DNA of 64,000 nucleotides from Eledone cirrhosa. Lineage: Eukaryota. Position numbers and translations under genes: made by a program. The notes beneath the pieces were generated by a model that saw nothing but the letters and a program-made list of their open reading frames with translations, had not been told where the DNA came from and did not search any database. Position 1 is the stretch's first letter. Each line of letters begins with the position of its first letter. Positions 58,535 through 64,000 of the stretch are shown piece by piece. The DNA lies in assembly GCA_964016885.1 (NCBI GenBank), contig OZ024756.1, forward strand, positions 26,908,001 through 26,972,000. The letters run 5' to 3'.

Positions 58535-58710
58535 AGAGGGTCGGACGCCATCCTTTGACGCAAAGAGTTACGGCCCTTTACGATCTGAGTTCAAATCCCA
58601 CCGAGGTTAACTTTGCCTTTCATCATTACGGGGTCAATAAAATATAGTAAAGTACCAGTAATACACTGGGATAATTGCTGGCCTTGTGCCAAAAGTAGAA
58701 ACAATTATTA
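58535..58710 (+). mobile_element. SINE family A, 5'-truncated
   Basis: Matches the family A consensus. Confidence 0.9.
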
Positions 58711-58757
58711 ATATTCGAAGAACTCAGATTACATTTATTATATAAATACCCCTTCTA

Positions 58758-58869
<112 letters not shown>

Positions 58870-59040
58870 CGAAGGAAATGTGGTAAGGAACCCGATGGAC
58901 CATAACTCACCAAAGTACTCAATACTTAGGGTAGTAGAGTGGGTAATGGGAACGAGTAGGACCCCGACGGCTGAGCTCAAGCTCAGTCCAGAATTAGCCG
59001 TCGAAACGGCTTGAGCTCAGCCGTCGGGGTCCTACTCGTT

Positions 59041-59076
<36 letters not shown>

Positions 59077-59302
59077 ATATACGTTCCTTCACGCACAAGG
59101 CGCCAAGGTACGCATGTATTGTCCAACCAAATGCCAGTGTGGTTCAATGGCGGGTTAATAAATTAACGAGCCAGAACAAATATAAACAAGGTTTAGCAAA
59201 TAATGAAAAAGTTTCAAAATAAATTTTAAAAAATTGACTTTACCTACTATAGTTACCTTTACCGATCGGTTTCAGGAATTTTATATTCTTTGAATGAAAA
59301 GA

Positions 59303-59386
59303 ACCTTCTGACGAGAATCTTTCTTTGCAACGAAGGCCGTATGGTCTCCGTTTTATTTTTGGGATTCGAAACCGATCGGTAAAGGT
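59303..59386 (+). ncRNA. Type I hammerhead ribozyme, copy 1
   Basis: ACCTT-CTGACGA-GAATCTT..GGGATTC-GAAA-CCGATCGG-TA-AAGGT. Confidence 0.93.
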
Positions 59387-59779
59387 AACTATAGTAGGTA
59401 AAGTCAATTTTTTAAAATTTATTTTGAAACTTTTTCATTATTTGCTAAACCTTGTTTATATTTGTTCTGGCTCGTTAATTTATTAACCCGCCATTGAACC
59501 ACACTGGCATTTGGTTGGACAATACATGCGTACCTTGGCGCCTTGTGCGTGAAGGAACGTATATCCTATTACTACTACCTCCACTAATGTTGAGAACAAA
59601 TTTGGTCGTTCTGACTGCTGCTAGCAATAGCTAGTTTGACCTACCTCCTTTTGCCTCTATCTTTGCTTCGGCCCTTGATAAACCTGTTTCTACATCATCC
59701 ACTCTCATCCCAGGAACAGTTTTGATAGCGCTAGTCTGTGATTTAAATTCAGGAATTTTATATTCTTTGAATGAAAAGA

Positions 59780-59863
59780 ACCTTCTGACGAGAATCTTTC
59801 TTTGCAACGAAGGCCGTATGGTCTCCGTTTTATTTTTGGGATTCGAAACCGATCGGTAAAGGT
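59780..59863 (+). ncRNA. Type I hammerhead ribozyme, copy 2
   Basis: Identical to copy 1, 477 nt downstream. Confidence 0.93.
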
Positions 59864-59933
59864 AACTATAGTAGGTAAAGTCAATTTTTTAAAATTTATT
59901 TTGAAACTTTTTCATTATTTGCTAAACCTTGTT

Positions 59934-60021
<88 letters not shown>

Positions 60022-60090
60022 TACATAAATGTGTATATTGTTACGTGCATATATTTATATACAGGCAAACATATACACATCTATGTACAT

Positions 60091-60121
<31 letters not shown>

Positions 60122-60724
60122 CGATGACGTTGACGTTGACGTTCATGAAGGAGAATGGTGACAATGATAATGATACTGATGATAATGGTGATGATGATGA
60201 TGATGATGATGACGATGACAATGACGAAGAAAAGGATGATGATGCACTACATTCACAGAAAATATGTTATAAAACACACCTTTACACAAATGCGCACACA
60301 CACACATACACACACACAACGGTCCCATACCTCCCTCCCACGACGATCTCCCCCCCCCCCCGCATACGCACACACAACGAACCCCCCCCCCCCCCCCCAC
60401 ACACACACACATGAATGTATACATTCATTAAATTAAATGTCTTTGCAATTTATTTTTCTTACTAATTAAACATTATGAAAAAGAAATAAATAAGAAATTC
60501 TTGAGAACTGAAATGAGATTTGTTTTAGGCTAAATCACTCATCGTCGTCTTCTTCTTCTTCTTCTTCTTCTTCTTCTTCTTCTTCTTCTTCTTCTTCTTC
60601 TTCTTCTTCTTCTTCTTCTTCTTCTTCTTCTATATATATATAGCTTATATATATATATAGCTTTTTGTTACAATATATATATATATATATATAGCTTTTT
60701 GCTACAATATTTTCTATACCTTTC

Positions 60725-60797
<73 letters not shown>

Positions 60798-60800
<3 letters not shown>

Positions 60801-60965
60801 TTTTTTGAAATTTATTTTGAAACTTTTTCTTATTTGCTAAACCTTGATTATATATGTTCTGGCTCGTTAATTTATTAACCTGTCATTGAACCACATTGGC
60901 ATATGGTTGGACAATACATGTGTCCCTGGACGCTTTTTGCGTGTAGGGATATATACTTTATTATT
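60798..60965 (+). mobile_element. Diverged fragment of the 477-nt family
   Basis: Aligns with 59408-59572. Confidence 0.88.
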
Positions 60966-60969
60966 ATAT

Positions 60970-61800
60970 ATACAAATACATGACAACAACATACATAGGT
61001 GAGACAGCTCGTAGCATAGGTGAAAGGATAGACCAACACTGGGGGGAACTAAAAGGACGAAAAAACGGGTCAGTACTATACGAACATGCTAGACAACAAC
61101 ATGACGGTAACATAGACAACATAGAAATTAGAATAATATCTAAACATAGGAATGACCCAGCAGATAGGCAAATCAGAGAGGCCAGTGAAATAGAAATTAG
61201 AAGACCAAAGCTAAACAGAAAGAATGAGTGGAACAACAACAACACCCAAACAAACAACACTGACCTAAGAGAAGTATAAATAAGTAAATAAAATAAAATA
61301 AAATAAGATAAATAAATACATACACAAGCACAATAACAACAAGCACATAAACACACACTAGTCACCCAGCAGACACAACACTATACACACTAGTCACACA
61401 TCACACATAACACTATACACACACGCAAACGCATGCGCAAAGAAGACAAAATAAAATAAGATAAACAAACAAGCAAATAAATAAATAAATATATAGACAG
61501 ACTGAATAAAAAATGGCGTAGACATAAAACACAACAGGAGGAACAATGAATATAACACCACTGACGATGTTGCAGATGTGCAACGAAAGATTTATGTAAA
61601 TTATGTAAACTATATATATGTGTTTGTGTCTATATTGTACCTGTATTATTTTTGACCGCCGGTCAGTCAATGGCAACATTGAGGACCGAGTAAGTTAGAT
61701 CGCAGATATAAAAGACAGCGAGAAGCGAAAACCAACCAAACAGTGAGTGTGTTCTGTTATTAATTCTGGCAATATTACGCAAATATGACCCTCCCCAAAT
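60970..61800 (+). mobile_element. 5'-truncated Penelope-like element: GIY-YIG endonuclease fragment, 3' UTR and HHR at 61555-61598
   Basis: ORF 60980-61279 has YIGETARSIGERIDQH..SVLYEH...H..RQIREASEI...PKLNRKNEW. Downstream is CTGACGA-tGTTGCAgatgTGCAAC-GAAA. Confidence 0.9.
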
Positions 61801-62112
61801 ATACAAATATATATATATACAAATATATATATATATTGCTCGAATATTGCTCGGTTTGTTGTTGTTTTTCGTTGTTTTGTTACTGTTTTCTCTTTTCTTC
61901 CCCCCTTTGCTCCTTCTTCCGTTTTCCCAATAACTTATCCAGTTATTGAACGCCCTGGGCTGTAGATATCTTGTCTTTAAAGCGTAGAAACATCCGAGAC
62001 CCCCAGTAGACAACTGACGAGGAAAACTCCCCCCCCCCTCGTTCCCACTGCATTTTAATTACCTTAAATAGCAACTACACAGCCATTTCTATTCCCTTTC
62101 TATATATACACA

Positions 62113-62147
<35 letters not shown>

Positions 62148-62151
<4 letters not shown>

Positions 62152-62389
62152 AATCCACAAAGTCTTATTAGGATCACGCGTAGGAAGAAGTAGAAGTAGA
62201 AGAAGGTTCGGCGCTTCGGACGGAAGTCTTTCGTCAGGAAATGGAGAGTTCGGATATATATACATATATATATATATAGCGAGGGAAAAGTGGTAAGGAA
62301 CCAGGTGGACCAAAACGCACCAAAGTACTCAATTCTGTACAGAATTAGCCGTCGAAACGGCTTGAGCTCAGCCGTCGGGGTCTTACTTA

Positions 62390-62463
<74 letters not shown>

Positions 62464-62566
62464 AAATCCACAAAGTCTTATTAGGATTACGCGTAGGAAG
62501 AAGTAGAAGTAGAAGAAGGTTCGGCGCTTCGGACGGAAGTCTTTCGTCAGGAAATGGAGAGTTCGG

Positions 62567-62570
<4 letters not shown>
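62148..62570 (-). mobile_element. Two ~110-bp copies of an element with a degenerate minimal HHR, flanking a CAGAATTAG-family insertion
   Basis: 62148-62256 matches 62462-62568. Minus strand TTC-CTGACGA-aaGACttccGTCc-GAAGCGCC-GAA. Confidence 0.6.
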
Positions 62571-62654
<84 letters not shown>

Positions 62655-62670
62655 ATAATAATAAATTTTA

Positions 62671-62726
<56 letters not shown>

Positions 62727-62742
62727 ATAATAATAAATTTTA

Positions 62743-62806
<64 letters not shown>

Positions 62807-63194
62807 AACATACATATATATGTATGTATGTATATTCATTTATTTTTTACATTTAAATTAGATATGAAATTAAGAATTATAGACCTGAATTTGGGTGGCG
62901 GATGAATGACTGGGTGGGTGGATAAATCTGTGGTAAAATTGGTGGAGCGTGGGAAAAGATAGCTCGTTATTGGTTGTGATTCAATTTCTGGGTTCAAACC
63001 ACATCCAAGCCTCTATTTTTGCCTTTAGTTCTTCTGAAGTCGACTAAGTACAGTGAAGTACTAAAGATGATTTAACCAGATTTACTCTTGAAAGACGGTA
63101 ATTTAGTTTAATCACACTCTGGTGACTAAAGTTAGTGAAATAAGTGTTGTTGGTCATTAGAGAATTGTTGACGAGCTCTTGGTGGGAAATGTGA

Positions 63195-64000
63195 CTGCTA
63201 TTGTTGCTGTTGTTGTTGTTGTTGTTGTTGGTGGTGGTAGTGGTGTTGTTGGTGTCGCTGTTGTTGGTAGTGGTGTTGTTGGTGTCGGTGTTGTTGTTGG
63301 TGTTGCTGTTGCTGTTGTTGTTGGTGGTGGTGGTAGTGGTATTGGTGTCGGTGGTGTTGGTAGTGGTGTTGTTGGTGTCGGTGTTGTTGTTGGTGTTGCT
63401 GTTGCTGTTGTTGTTGTTGTTGGTGGTGGTGGTAGTGGTGTTGGTGGTGGTAGTGGTGTTGGTAGTGGTGTTGTTGGTGTCGGTGTTGTTGTTGTTGTTG
63501 TTGGTGGTGGTAGTGGTGTTGGTGGTGGTAGTGGTGTTGGTAGTGGTGTTGTTGGTGTTGCTGTTGCTGTTGTTGTTGTTGTTGGTGGTGGTGGTAGTGG
63601 TGTTGGTGGTGGTAGTGGTGTTGGTAGTGGTGTTGTTGGTGTCGGTGTTGTTGTTGTTGTTGTTGGTGGTGGTAGTGGTGTTGGTGGTGGTAGTGGTGTT
63701 GGTAGTGGTGTTGTTGGTGTCGGTGTTGTTGTTGGTGTTGACGTTGCTGTTGTTGTTGTTGTTGTTGGTGGTGGTAGTGGTGTTGGTGGTGGTAGTGGTG
63801 TTGTTGGTGGTGTTGTTGTTGTTGTTGTTGGTGGTGGTGTTGTTAGTAGTGGTGTTGGTGGGAGTGTTGTTGTTGTGTTGTTGTTGTTGGTGGTAGTGGT
63901 GTTGTTGTGTTGTTGATGTTGGTGGTAGTGGTGTTGGTGGTAGTGGTGTTGGTGGTAGTGGTGTTGTTGGAAGTGATGGTGTTGGTCTTGGTGTTATGTT
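63195..64000. repeat. (GTT/GGT)n low-complexity tract
   Basis: Seen directly. Confidence 0.95.

Larger units (their letters stand above)
59072..59936 (+). mobile_element. Young retrozyme or non-autonomous PLE: ~200-bp inverted tail plus ~1.4 tandem 477-nt units, in (TA)n
   Basis: 59072-59273 is the reverse complement of 59368-59568. TTCAGGAATTTTAT recurs at 59271 and 59748. Two identical HHRs. Confidence 0.9.

Overview
Eukaryotic, very AT-rich, microsatellite-saturated intergenic or intronic DNA. The SINE and repeat content best fits an octopod cephalopod (inference from resemblance, no database search). I see no convincing host protein-coding gene, and nearly all listed ORFs are simple-repeat artefacts. 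The window holds a ~10.3-kb 12-bp satellite with a 200-N gap, smaller minisatellites, about 14 tRNA-derived SINE copies, fragments of R4/Dong-, Tx1/L1- and RTE-type LINEs, Tc1/mariner MITEs and three Helitrons, one with a spliced STPR-repeat gene remnant the ORF track misses. The main hidden signal is that many short unique-looking islands in the (TA)n tracts are type I hammerhead ribozyme (HHR) elements. By eye I count about 24 motifs (some degenerate) from about 14 sequence families. Several are terminally redundant monomers of 235, 404 and 477 nt, as expected for retrozyme-like copies of circular or multimeric RNA. Many show the head-to-head inverted layout of Penelope-like element (PLE) insertions. 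Two HHR families lie directly downstream of GIY-YIG endonuclease remnants. Variants include a U3-A8 core and stem II domains up to ~116 nt. All structures were read by eye and ribozyme activity is untested.
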